From assembly GCA_963758525.1 (NCBI GenBank), contig CAVWVQ010000003.1:1408001-1472000 (forward strand): a stretch of 64,000 nt of DNA, given 5' to 3'. A program made the translations under genes and the position numbers. The notes under the pieces were generated by a model. The model did not search any database, was not told the origin of the DNA, and saw only the letters and a program-made list of their open reading frames with translations. The stretch comes from an uncultured Phycisphaerales bacterium (lineage in GTDB: Bacteria > Planctomycetota > Phycisphaerae > Tepidisphaerales > Tepidisphaeraceae). Positions 20,588-30,818 of this stretch are shown here, piece by piece; the stretch's first letter is position 1; the number at the start of each line of letters is the position of its first letter.

Positions 20588-20947
20588 TCAGGAAATTCTA
20601 GCCTCGCGGCCACCAGACAATAAGACCCCCGCCGGCCGTCACCGCCGAGGGTGGGCGAAGCTCCGGGGCTTGCACCCGGCGAATTGACGCAAATGCGGCT
20701 CAATCCCGCCAACTAGCCGGCTCTCGGGCCTGCCTTTTCCTTGTCGCTATCCCCTTTGACAATTCGAGAGCCGGGCAGGCAACTGGTGATGCTGAAGTTC
20801 TGCCGTTGACCTTGAATGCGCACACGTTGGCTGGTTGTTGCTCACGTCTACTCGTATGCCCGTCAACTTTGCCCTCTTGGGCGGAGACTAAAGGACGGCC
20901 ACCCGCTGCGTGATAAATTCACGCGTGGGAGCATCCTGTAGGTGTAG

Positions 20948-21054
20948 AAACCCGCCATTCCCGCCATTTCCACCATGGACGTGACCCGATTCTGCCACTT
21001 CCGTCACCTTGATCTTGGGCATCGATGGCGGGAATGGCGGGTTTGGCGGGTTTT
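20948..21054. repeat. Type A inverted element A1
   Basis: AAACCCGCCATTCCCGCCATTTCC..GATGGCGGGAATGGCGGGTTTGGCGGGTTTT. Confidence 0.9.
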
Positions 21055-21334
21055 CCCACCTATAGGGGTCCTGGCGCAGAATAAATGAGCAGTTGGATAT
21101 CTCCGCTGCGAAAGCCGTCCTGATCGCCCTCCGCAGCATGTTCTTCGTCATCATCATTACAAGCAGCCAACGGACGGCTCGTTACCAAGAGGTTGTTTGA
21201 TAAGGCCGATTCGAGGGGTTTTGCTATGCTGTGCCACGGCAACGCCGACTGATCATCGGCCTGATGATCCGGGCGCTGGTGCCGGCTGCCTACCTGCCGT
21301 CACCAGCCCGGATCTGCCATGAAGGTAGGCATCT

Positions 21335-22393
21335 ATGACCGAACAAGCGCGGAGCCCGCGTGGTTCGCATCCGCTGACATCAAGACATCAGCAAGGCGAA
21401 CGGCAACTCTACGCCGAGATGCTCCGGGACATGGCAGCGGAGATGCGAGCAGGTTTCAATGTTGCCACGGAACGAATCCAATCGCTCAGGAAAGCTCTTG
21501 CAGACTGCACGACGACCGCACAGTTAAAGGATCGCTTGTCCCGCTGGGATATTGAACATCTTCTGTCCCGGCATCAGCGTCGGCCAGAGCCTTGGCCGGC
21601 TCAATATGCGAATACCTTGAGCGCGAAGCGGGATAAACAGCTTGCAGAGCTTTTGAGCGATCCGTCGCGAGCTGAAGGACGATACGCAGAACGGTGCGCG
21701 ACAATCACGGGCTATGATTCGATTCCTGAAGCAGCCAACATTACACTCAAAGCGCTCAAGACCAAATTACTTCGTTGGCCGCCGTCGCTCGTGCGTCGCG
21801 CTGAGTCGCCAGGTAATCCACTGCCGAAAGGAACTGATCGCCTTCGCTGCTTTTGGGAGCAGGATGTTCTGCCGGCATTAGCAGAAGAATATAAGGATCG
21901 TTTCTGCTCGGCGGAGGATGACCCCTTCAAACCGCTTCACGACCGAATGGTGGCCGTGGAAATCCTCGCCGAGCTCATCGAGTCGTCGACTTCCCCCGCA
22001 CCTGACCGATCACGAGCAGTCGATCCGAAAACAGACAACTCATTGCAACTACCAAGCCAGCAATCGACAGAGACCAAATCCGAGGGTATTACCGTCAACA
22101 AAGAGAGCCTCGAAGCAAGCTACAACAACAGACAGTTGAACATCAACGCTCAAGCGGATTTTCGAGCTTTGGCCGCTCTGTGGGAGAGGTGTGGCAGGAT
22201 TGTGTCACACCGAGACCTCTTCGATGCGATAAAGCCCAACAAAGTACAAGCCACTGTGAAATTTTCTAAAGCGCCGCCAGAAGTGAAAGAGGCCATTGGC
22301 CACATCAAGGAGGCATTTAGAGAAATAGGCGCACCGCTTCGCATCGAGGTCGCGAGAGGCATCGGCTACAAACTACTCTCGACCGACTTATAA
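21335..22393 (+). CDS. Protein with C-terminal OmpR-type winged-helix domain
   Basis: DFRALAALWERCGRIVSHRDLF..IGHIKEAF..IEVARGIGYKL. Confidence 0.7.
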   Translation: MTEQARSPRGSHPLTSRHQQGERQLYAEMLRDMAAEMRAGFNVATERIQSLRKALADCTTTAQLKDRLSRWDIEHLLSRHQRRPEPWPAQYANTLSAKRDKQLAELLSDPSRAEGRYAERCATITGYDSIPEAANITLKALKTKLLRWPPSLVRRAESPGNPLPKGTDRLRCFWEQDVLPALAEEYKDRFCSAEDDPFKPLHDRMVAVEILAELIESSTSPAPDRSRAVDPKTDNSLQLPSQQSTETKSEGITVNKESLEASYNNRQLNINAQADFRALAALWERCGRIVSHRDLFDAIKPNKVQATVKFSKAPPEVKEAIGHIKEAFREIGAPLRIEVARGIGYKLLSTDL

Positions 22394-22504
22394 TCTCCTT
22401 TCGAACTACCTTCACCAGACCCTCCGACCCTTGATCCGTAGGAGAATCCCTCTCTGTGGTAGCCATCGCGGTGATGGCCATCACCGCCACAGATTGGAGT
22501 TCTC

Positions 22505-22732
22505 ATGTTGCGAATTTCCGTTTCCGAGGTGGCTCGCCGGATTGAGGCGAACCCGAGAGACATCAGCGATCTGTTTTACCGGCGGCGCCTTCGCGATGAC
22601 CTTTGCCCGATCGTCGCAGGCCGACGAATCATCCCTGAGGACTATGTCGACGTGATCCGCTCGGCGCTGCGGCGCCACGGCCGCCCTGTCGGCCAACAGG
22701 TGAATCGTGTAACCGAAAAAACCAAACAATAA
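22505..22732 (+). CDS. Small excisionase-like DNA-binding protein
   Basis: ISVSEVARRIEANPRDISDLFY..IVAGRRIIP; GGAG RBS; directly upstream of the primase. Confidence 0.65.
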   Translation: MLRISVSEVARRIEANPRDISDLFYRRRLRDDLCPIVAGRRIIPEDYVDVIRSALRRHGRPVGQQVNRVTEKTKQ

Positions 22733-22775
22733 AAAACCGCCGGTGGCTGCCGGCGGAAAAGGAGAAAACCAACCT

Positions 22776-23666
22776 ATGTCTACATTACTCGAGGAATTTC
22801 CGCGCGTGTCAAGGAGCCGGCCATGTCCCATATGCGGGCATCCCGACTGGTGCTTACTGGCCCGTGACGAGCACGCGGCACTCTGCCAGCGCACCGAATC
22901 AGATAATCAGTGGGGCGATGCTGGATGGTTTCATCGCCTCAGCGGCGGGAACCGGCGGCGGGGTCATACGCGGTGTATCGACGTGACGAAGCGGGAGCCT
23001 GCGAATGATTTGTCGCCTGACGCAGCAGAGTATACTTTGCGGCTTCAGGCGTCGCTCCTCAAATATCTGGCCGAATTCTTGGGGTTGAGCGCGCAGAGTC
23101 TTCGTCGACTGGGGACGGGGTGGTCACCCGAATTGCAAGCGATGGCCTTCCCCATGCTGGATGCCCGCGGCAACATAATAGGCATCCACTTCCGCTCTGA
23201 GGATGGAGGGAAATTTGCTGCGACCGGAGGGCGTCAAGGGCTCCATATCCCGGCTAATCTCGGCAAGCCAAGGCTGCTGGTCTTGACCGAGGGGCCGACA
23301 GATTGCGCTGCCATGCTCGACATTGGATTTGCGGCCGTCGGCCGACCGAGCTGCACCGGGGCGACTGAGATCACAATCGAACTTGTGAAGAAGCTTCGCC
23401 CAGAGCTGGTCGTGGTGCTGGGCGACAATGACCCGCCAGATCGCAATGGCCGGCGTCCCGGATATGAAGGCGCGCAGGCTTTGGCTTCGGCGCTGGCCGT
23501 CCACGCCAAACGCGTGAAGCTACTGCTCCCGCCGAAACGAATTAAAGATGCCCGCGAATGGAAGCTCGCGGGCGCAACGCGGGCCGACGTGAAGAAGGCC
23601 ATCGACGCCGCTCCGTCTATCAGATTGAAGTTGCACACAGAGATTGCAGCGGAGGCGACGAAGTGA
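22776..23666 (+). CDS. Zinc-finger/TOPRIM DNA primase
   Basis: PCPICGHPDWC, LTEGPTDC, VLGDND, KDAREW. Confidence 0.85.
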   Translation: MSTLLEEFPRVSRSRPCPICGHPDWCLLARDEHAALCQRTESDNQWGDAGWFHRLSGGNRRRGHTRCIDVTKREPANDLSPDAAEYTLRLQASLLKYLAEFLGLSAQSLRRLGTGWSPELQAMAFPMLDARGNIIGIHFRSEDGGKFAATGGRQGLHIPANLGKPRLLVLTEGPTDCAAMLDIGFAAVGRPSCTGATEITIELVKKLRPELVVVLGDNDPPDRNGRRPGYEGAQALASALAVHAKRVKLLLPPKRIKDAREWKLAGATRADVKKAIDAAPSIRLKLHTEIAAEATK

Positions 23667-25842
23667 GCGACAATAGCACTGATATCAAATTGGAGATCGA
23701 TCAACTGTCGCGCGGGAAGTGTGCAGTTAGACTCGTGCGCGGTAAGGTGGTGCTGCTGGCCGACCGGATCGACCCTCACACTCCTGACCGCATCAAAAAA
23801 TTCATCCGAAATGCGACGAAGGAATTTGCTGGGCTGGACCATCACGCGATCCGGGCTGAGTTGCTGCAGCACGCTGCATCATCCGAACCAGCGACTCCTG
23901 ACGCAGACGAGGACGATGCGCCTTATTACGCGACCGACGACGGTCTGTTCTGGCGGAAGGCAACCCGCGAAGGCCAAGTTAGCGTGCCCCTGACCAATTT
24001 CACCGCGCGGATCCAGACCGATGTGGTCCGGGATGACGGTGCCGAACCGCAACATATGTTCGAGATCGTCGCGAATCTAAACGGCCGCGAATACCGATTC
24101 TCGATCCCGGCATCCCTGTTCGCGGCGATGAATTGGCCCACCGAGTACATGGGGCCAGGGGCGATTGTGTATGCGGGCATGGGCATCCGAGATCACGCCC
24201 GCGTCGCGGTGCAGTCGCTGAGCACCGACCACGCCACCCGCACGATCTATACCCACCTTGGCTGGCGCGAGGTTGATGGCCACTGGTTTTATTTGCATGC
24301 CGGTGGCGCTATCGGGGCGGATGGCCCCACCACGGCGATCGAAGTGGATCTCCCGGATGCGCTCTCTAATTACGTACTGCCTGCTCCGGCCTCCGGTGAT
24401 GAGCTGAGGACCTGCGTGTTAGCCAGCCTGGACATCATGCGAGTGGCCCCGTTCATGGTGACGGTGCCAATGTTGTGCGCGGTGTACCGGGCCGTGCTGG
24501 GAGTGTGCGATACCACACTATGGCTGACCGGTCCCACGGGCGCCAAGAAAAGCGAACTTGATGCCCTCGGCAACCAGCACTTCGGCGCGGCAATAGTCCG
24601 GCTGAAACTGCCGGCGAACTGGGCGTCCACCGACAACAGTTTGGAGGGCTTGGCATTTGCGGCAAAAGACGCCCTGCTATCGATCGACGACTTCGCACCG
24701 GCTGGAACTCAGTACGACATCCAGCGCTTGCATCAAAAGGCCGATCGCGTTCTGCGCGCCCAAGGAAATCATGCTGGTCGTCAGCGGATGCGGGCGGATG
24801 GTAGCCTCCGATCGCCGCGGTCGCCGCGGGGAATGATTATCGCGACGGGTGAGGATACTCCTCGGGGCGTGAGCCTGCGGGCCAGGCTCTTCGTCACCGA
24901 GGTAGGGCCGAGTGACGTCAACCTCGAAAGACTTACCGTGTGCCAATCAGAAGCTCGGTCGGGCGTTTACGCGAAAGCAATGGCGGCATATGTCCAGTGG
25001 CTCGCGCCCGAATCGAGGAGATCCAAAAACATCTGCCATCCAAAATCGCCAAACGCCGCACGGAGGCTACCACCTCAGCGTTCCATGCGCGGACGCCGGA
25101 GGCCGTCGCGAATCTTTTCGAGGGGATACGACAGTTTCTCGAATTCGCGGTCGACGTCGGCGCAATAACGAATGAAGTGCGTCAGAACATTCGCAACGGC
25201 TGCTGGGATATACTTGGGGCCGCGGCGCAGAAACAAGCCGTACTGCAGCGAGCAGCGGAGCCGACACAGCGGTTTCTGGAACTGCTGGCATCCGCGATAA
25301 CCTCGGGAAACTCCCACCTTATTCAACCCGACGGTAGCCGTCCGCCTCGGCCGCCTTCAGCCTTTGGTTGGCGGCAGCGGCCGGACACCGGCAGCACAGC
25401 GTGGTACCCGCAGGGCCAGCGCATCGGCTGGGTGGATGATGACTTCATATACCTGGATCCAGACGCTTCGTATAAGGCAGCACAGGGAATGACCTTGGGC
25501 GGGGACGGTCTGGCAATTGCGCCGCAGACGTTACGCAAACGCCTCCACGAAAAGGGACTGTTGATCCGCGAGGACGGCCGCGACGAGCTAACCGTGCGTC
25601 GCGTGCTCGAAGGGGTCCAACGGCATGTACTCTGCCTTCGGCGCAGTGCCCTGCTCGTTGCCCCGCCAGCGCCGTCTACGACAACGGATGCGCCCTCAAC
25701 TGGCGGCTGCAACGGTCACGCCATCAGTTCGAACGGGGCGAATTCCGCTCCCGAACCACGTCGCAACGCGGCGAATGGAAACTGCAATGTTCCTAGAAGG
25801 CCAGCGAGGAAACCGCGGAAGCCAACACCCAACTGCTTCTGA
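23663..25842 (+). CDS. DUF927-like replicative helicase/ATPase (frameshift near 25010)
   Basis: LTNFTARI, HLGWR, Walker A-like LTGPTGAKKS, Walker B-like SIDDF, ATGED; second frame gives QRIGWVD..YLDPD. Confidence 0.78.
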
Positions 25843-25917
25843 AATGCGGGTGCACGGAGCGATGATAGATTTAACAGTGACTTTTAACGAGATCCGGTAG
25901 CGACCCGGTAGCTATTG

Positions 25918-26757
25918 ATGGACACGACTAGAACTCTGGGATATCTACAGCGACACGATCCATTCCGAACCCCGGATTGGCGGTGGCAGCTTGCACGGCG
26001 TCTTCTTAAGCGTGGGCAGCGTCCGCGCCACGATGACGACCAGATCCGGCTCATCCTCAGGTACCAGCGGGCGCTGACTATAGGCAGCGCGAACCCGCCG
26101 AGACAGCCTGCGCCCTGGAAAGATCTGGCTTCCGCGCATCACCTCCGCGAGCACGCTGGAGTGATCACCGACGAAATCGAAGCCCGGCTTCTTGCCGCGC
26201 AAACGTTCGAGTCCATCGCTACCAATACCGGCGTGATACCGTGTGTGCTGCGGGCCTACGAAGCTACCTTCTTCAACGTTGCCGATTCACTATCAGCGTT
26301 CGACTGGCTGCTGCTCAACGTGCTTCAGATGCACACGTGGGTGGTTGGCAAGCCGACTCGGGCACAGACCTGGAAATGGATCGCCCTGGCAGGTGGCGCC
26401 GTGCTGCTCGACATGGTGATTGCCGAGGACTTGGGCCGCCCGGAGCCCGCATTCGATGATCGGCCGAGATTTGCAGAACTGGCGAGATTCTTCGCGCGTG
26501 CCGCGGTGACGCCCATGACACCGGAGCATTCCCTCGCGTTCGTTGAAGAGGCGGCAGAACTGTTCGGTGAGGAACGGTATAAATCGATCATCGCAAGAGA
26601 GACGATGATCGCCGCGCATATAAATTTTCTTCAAGCATTCGGCGACGATTCTCAGACGGTGCGCAGCCAACCCAGGACACGCGGCGCAACATTACGCCGC
26701 TGCTTGCAGCCCACGTCGGCGTCTTCGATCGACCCGAATGTCCTGCTTGCGGTATAA
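25918..26757 (+). CDS. Hypothetical protein of the replication module
   Basis: PFRTPDWRWQLA, IEARLLA, YEATFFNV. Confidence 0.7.
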   Translation: MDTTRTLGYLQRHDPFRTPDWRWQLARRLLKRGQRPRHDDDQIRLILRYQRALTIGSANPPRQPAPWKDLASAHHLREHAGVITDEIEARLLAAQTFESIATNTGVIPCVLRAYEATFFNVADSLSAFDWLLLNVLQMHTWVVGKPTRAQTWKWIALAGGAVLLDMVIAEDLGRPEPAFDDRPRFAELARFFARAAVTPMTPEHSLAFVEEAAELFGEERYKSIIARETMIAAHINFLQAFGDDSQTVRSQPRTRGATLRRCLQPTSASSIDPNVLLAV

Positions 26758-26788
26758 TTGGGTGAGGAAATAACAAAGAAAGGTTGCC

Positions 26789-27493
26789 ATGGATGGCACG
26801 GAAAAAGAACCTGCTACGGCGCCGACGGTAAACCGCACGGATGCGGGTGTGCGGCCCAGTCCACCCAACACTATCAAGTCACCCCCCGCTAACACCGTCC
26901 CGTCCCCGGGAGGCAAGCCGCCAATGACTGAACCACAGCGCCAGGCGCGAACGGTGCGGGACGCGATGATCCCGGGCCTGATGCAGGCCGCGATGGCCCC
27001 CAAAGGAACGATCGACGGCAAGACAGCGCGCGGTTATCGCGACGAACTCCTCCGCGAAATGGGGAACCCAACTGATGCTTTGGAGCGGATGCTCATCGAG
27101 CAAGCCGTTCTGGCCCATGTCGTGATCATGCAATTGCATGCCACCAGCGCTTTATCAGAGAGTGCTGAAGCTGCCGGTGTCTATTCCGCTGCCGCGGCGC
27201 GCCTCATGGCAGAGCTGCGCCGGACAATCCTGGCGGTGCGCGAGTACCGCACACCACCAACCCGGCCTGTTGTTACCCGAATCGAGCAGCAGAATGTTGC
27301 GCACAGCCAGGCGGTGAGCTATGTCGCCGGCAAGGATGACCACGTGACAATGTCGTGCCGTGAAAAAACTGATGCTGACGGCAAACAAGTAAGTGACTCA
27401 CCGGAGACAGACGATGGAGAAGCCAACGAAATCCCCTGCTCGCGTAGCCGCTGGGCGCAGGAACCGGCTGCTGCGGGGGCCGCTCACGACTGA
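26789..27493 (+). CDS. Hypothetical protein
   Basis: Helical core NPTDALERMLIEQ..RLMAELRRTILAVREYR; co-oriented with neighbours. Confidence 0.7.
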   Translation: MDGTEKEPATAPTVNRTDAGVRPSPPNTIKSPPANTVPSPGGKPPMTEPQRQARTVRDAMIPGLMQAAMAPKGTIDGKTARGYRDELLREMGNPTDALERMLIEQAVLAHVVIMQLHATSALSESAEAAGVYSAAAARLMAELRRTILAVREYRTPPTRPVVTRIEQQNVAHSQAVSYVAGKDDHVTMSCREKTDADGKQVSDSPETDDGEANEIPCSRSRWAQEPAAAGAAHD

Positions 27494-27725
27494 TGGACTG
27501 CAACGTCTCCGTGAAGCGGCCCGACTACACCGGCCGTGGGAACTCAGCACCGGCCCCAGGACGGCGGAGGGCAAGGCCACGGTCGCGGATAACGGCCGTA
27601 AGCACCGAAAGGGCGAGATGTCGGTGCGGGAGAAAAGGGCGGCAGTGGCCGACGTCGCCGGTCTGCTGTCGCAAATGGCGGCGTTGCGTCGAGGTGCGTT
27701 GCCCATGGATCAGCCGGAATGGTAA
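27414..27725 (+). CDS. Small basic protein with STGPRTAEGKA motif
   Basis: RGPLTTDG..STGPRTAEGKA..NGRKH; GGAG upstream. Confidence 0.6.
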   Translation: MEKPTKSPARVAAGRRNRLLRGPLTTDGLQRLREAARLHRPWELSTGPRTAEGKATVADNGRKHRKGEMSVREKRAAVADVAGLLSQMAALRRGALPMDQPEW

Positions 27726-27760
27726 AGAATATGAAGCGCCCGCCGTCCCTCCATCGCAGG

Positions 27761-27820
27761 AACCCGCCATTCCCGCCATTCCCACCCGGGTCGATGGCGG
27801 AAATGGCGGGAATGGCGGGT
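27761..27820. repeat. Type A inverted element A2
   Basis: AACCCGCCATTCCCGCCATTCCC..GATGGCGGAAATGGCGGGAATGGCGGGT. Confidence 0.9.
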
Positions 27821-27905
27821 CGTACGAGAGCATAGGACCAGTCGGCGCAAAAGATAACGGACCGTATTGACCCTTGAATGAGCGATTACAGCTTTTGGAG
27901 CAGGC

Positions 27906-28346
27906 ATGGACGCCGAAATCAAAAAGCCCCCGACGCGGCAGGATCTGCAATACCTGTCCGATCTTCCCCGCGATCGGCAGTTCCAAAAGATTCTCAGCTG
28001 GCTGTTTGGCACCAACTCCAGCCGCCGTGATCTAGCGGCCGCGGTGGTGGTCCGCTCGCACCCTGAATCGACGCGCTTACTGATCTGGGAGGCGATGGCA
28101 CCGAGGAAAAGCTCCGAACGTCGCGTTCAATTGCTACAAGTGATCGAGCAGCTGGGCTTGCCGCTGGAGGTCGGCCAGTGGTTCGATCTGCAATTCGCCG
28201 CGCGCCGCTTTGACGCGACGGTGCGGGCGCAGGTCGCCAGGGTCATGGCCCGCTGTCGGCCGGGCCGCTCCGGGCCAGAACCCGGGGGCTCCGGTGCCGA
28301 GACAAAAACGAAAATGATAATCGAAAGCGACTGCACGGAACCCTAA
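27906..28346 (+). CDS. Hypothetical helical protein
   Basis: 146-aa ORF with GGAG RBS. Confidence 0.55.
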   Translation: MDAEIKKPPTRQDLQYLSDLPRDRQFQKILSWLFGTNSSRRDLAAAVVVRSHPESTRLLIWEAMAPRKSSERRVQLLQVIEQLGLPLEVGQWFDLQFAARRFDATVRAQVARVMARCRPGRSGPEPGGSGAETKTKMIIESDCTEP

Positions 28347-28388
28347 AGTATCAGCAGCACGCTCACGGATGAGCGGCAGAAATCTGTC

Positions 28389-28763
28389 ATGGAGGACAGC
28401 ATGAATCTTCTGAAAACCCTCGACATCTCCGTCGTCGAGCGACTCATTCCATACGTCGAAGCCAACAGAGAAGCCGTTCGACAACATCCATCAACGAAAA
28501 GCGATCTGGCCTTTCCCGCTAACTGGCATCAAGCCGGCGATGCGGATGCGCGTCGCGCGTTCATGCAAACCGTCGATGGACTTCCGAGGAAAGCGAAGCG
28601 CGAGTTGTTGGCGCTCGCCCGCTGCGGTGAACACGAGATCAGTTTTCGAGTGGCGCTCGCGTCGGTGAAGTTGGGTGACGAGGATCGGGTCGGCCCCACC
28701 CTGTGGGGGAAGGGAAGGCTTGTAGAAAATCTGCGAAGCGGTTTGGCACGCGCCATGCGGTGA
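28389..28763 (+). CDS. DUF3775-like hypothetical protein
   Basis: ELLALARCG..LWGKGRLVENLRSGL; family call tentative. Confidence 0.5.
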   Translation: MEDSMNLLKTLDISVVERLIPYVEANREAVRQHPSTKSDLAFPANWHQAGDADARRAFMQTVDGLPRKAKRELLALARCGEHEISFRVALASVKLGDEDRVGPTLWGKGRLVENLRSGLARAMR

Positions 28764-29015
28764 CGCTGACAGTTTCGCCTGAAAACATACGACAAATTTC
28801 GGATCTGCACCGGTTGCTCTCAGAAAGCAATCGCGAGAAGTCAATGTGCTTTCCCCTGGTGATGGTTTCAGCCTCAGCCGCACACGAGATGACGGCAGGC
28901 GGGCGGTCCTCGCGTTGGCGCGGGGCAAGTGGGTTGCCGAAGCGAGCTCCAGAGGAGCGGATCCAGAGGGTTTCCACGGTTTGAAGTGTGCTTGATCGCG
29001 TCGTCGCAGGATTGC

Positions 29016-29310
29016 ATGGTGGCTCTACCGCCATACTTCGGACATCTCACCAATGACATCGTTTAACGCAGATTTGTGCCACGAGTGCTGAAAGAGCTTC
29101 GGGAGCGGAGCCCGAGGAATGAGAAGGGGAATCGCCGCCGCAAGCTATTACAGTGGCTAAGCGCCGACATCGCCTACCCGGAAGCTATTGCAGCACCTGG
29201 GCTCGTAGTCGACCTGATGTCCGACTCAGACGACTGCGATCAGTTCAAGGCTCTCCTGGACCGGGCAGCACCGATCTATCAGAGACACTGACACTCTTCG
29301 ACGATCCGCA
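29016..29310 (+). pseudogene. P63C-domain remnant
   Basis: PYFGHLTNDIV*RRFVPRVLKELRERSPRNEKGNRRRKLLQWL..FKALLDRA with in-frame TAA at 29064-29066. Confidence 0.75.
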
Positions 29311-29463
29311 GAATGGGCGTGACGACAAGAAACTTGGCCTTCCTGGTACGGCAAGTTGACAAACTCTCAGTTGTTGACGAAAATCCTCCAAGTCGGAAAT
29401 ATTGTAGAATTGTGATGACTTGCGTTAGGGTATACTGCACAAACTCTTTAACGGGTGCCGGTG

Positions 29464-29916
29464 ATGAACACAATTGAAAAGAAACTTCGGGACGATCTGG
29501 CGACGGCGTGCTTCGAGTTTCGGCAGGCTGATGTACAGGTCAAGAAACTTCAGGCTCAGATGGAAAAACTCCGCGCCCGCATCGACTACATTTCGAGCGT
29601 CGTCGGTGCACGCGCGGTGGACGAGGCGGAAGCGGGCACATCGACCGTGAACGGCGAGAGCTATTCAGCTACCACCCTGTCGGGGAAGACTGCCGCCGAA
29701 GTTATCGAGCTCGTGCTTCGAGAGGCAGGAACGCGACTTCGGCTCAAGCAGATTGTTGACCGTGCAATCGCCCAGGGCTATGCGACCGAGGCAGACATGA
29801 AGCGAGTCCGGGCCAATTTCAGCTCGCTTCTGACGCGAGCCGCATCAAAGGAAGGCGGCGGAAGATTCAAGAAGGAAGGCCGAGGAATCTTTGCGTTGGC
29901 ATCGAACAATGACTGA
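29464..29916 (+). CDS. Coiled-coil plus winged-HTH (HARE-HTH-like) protein
   Basis: TAAEVIELVLREAGTRLRLKQIVDRAIAQGY..FKKEGRGIFAL. Confidence 0.7.
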   Translation: MNTIEKKLRDDLATACFEFRQADVQVKKLQAQMEKLRARIDYISSVVGARAVDEAEAGTSTVNGESYSATTLSGKTAAEVIELVLREAGTRLRLKQIVDRAIAQGYATEADMKRVRANFSSLLTRAASKEGGGRFKKEGRGIFALASNND

Positions 29917-30189
29917 GAAAGGAGAATCTTGTGCTCAAAATACCCACTGACAGCGCGTTCCTGAGAGAAGTTCCGCTGTAAAGAACGGGCTAACTCCAGC
30001 GGGAACCGAAGGCGGTTTTTACTTTTGCAGGGCAATCACCGCCCCGGCTCCCACACTGCGGCACCTGAGAGATGCACACCGTGTGCATATCTTAATCGCA
30101 CTTTTTGTGCGAATCAAGCGTAATCATCCGTTGGCGCAGCATTTCGCGCATCGCGCGCGAGCGTCACAACTTAGAAAAGGATTTCTCAC

Positions 30190-30363
30190 ATGAAGTTCGT
30201 AATGTTCAGAGGCCAGAATGGCCATTGGTATTGGCATCTTCAGAGTGCCAACAACGAAATCGTCGCAGCTAGCGGTCAAGGCTATCACAACAGAGACGAC
30301 TGCCTGCATGGCATCGGCTTGGTTATGGATACCAACCGCAGCACGCCGGTTTATCAGCGGTGA
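30190..30363 (+). CDS. YegP/DUF1508-family protein (57 aa, absent from the ORF track)
   Basis: Own translation MKFVMFRGQNGHWYWHLQSANNEIVAASGQGYHNRDDCLHGIGLV; AAAGGA RBS. Confidence 0.85.
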   Translation: MKFVMFRGQNGHWYWHLQSANNEIVAASGQGYHNRDDCLHGIGLVMDTNRSTPVYQR

Positions 30364-30662
30364 TCACTGTCGTTTGCCGGCAGAATCTCAACCTCGCCAG
30401 CGGGACCGTAATCCCATCTGACGTTGGAGAGAATCGACTGGCACTGCCGAAGTTGCACACGAAGTTTGTTGTTCAGCGTCGGCATAAGGGCCTGAGCGAG
30501 TTGGGGCAGGATGTGCTCCAACTTGCTCAGGTCGTCTTCTTCGATTTGGAAGAGTTTGGACATGGCTCGAATATTATCTCGGTTCAGCCAGTGCGCCTTC
30601 ATTAGCTGAAAAATCTTAACTCGAACGGCCCTTTCATTTGCCTGCCTCGACTCCCGCCTCAA
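30354..30662 (-). CDS. Hypothetical protein
   Basis: Protein-like ORF; start could be the ATG at 30602 or 30563. Confidence 0.5.
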   Translation of the reverse strand: MRRESRQANERAVRVKIFQLMKAHWLNRDNIRAMSKLFQIEEDDLSKLEHILPQLAQALMPTLNNKLRVQLRQCQSILSNVRWDYGPAGEVEILPANDSDHR

Positions 30663-30818
30663 ACGCTGCCCTGAGCACGGGGCTCAAATCGCCTTGCAAC
30701 TTGCCAGCGACCCCGGAAGAGCTAACCTACTCCATTCCGCGTTCGATTCACCGTAGGTGAGGCAGGAGCACTCTCTAAGCTAAGGCGGGTTGCGAAAGGG
30801 TTCACCGGAGTTCGAAGC

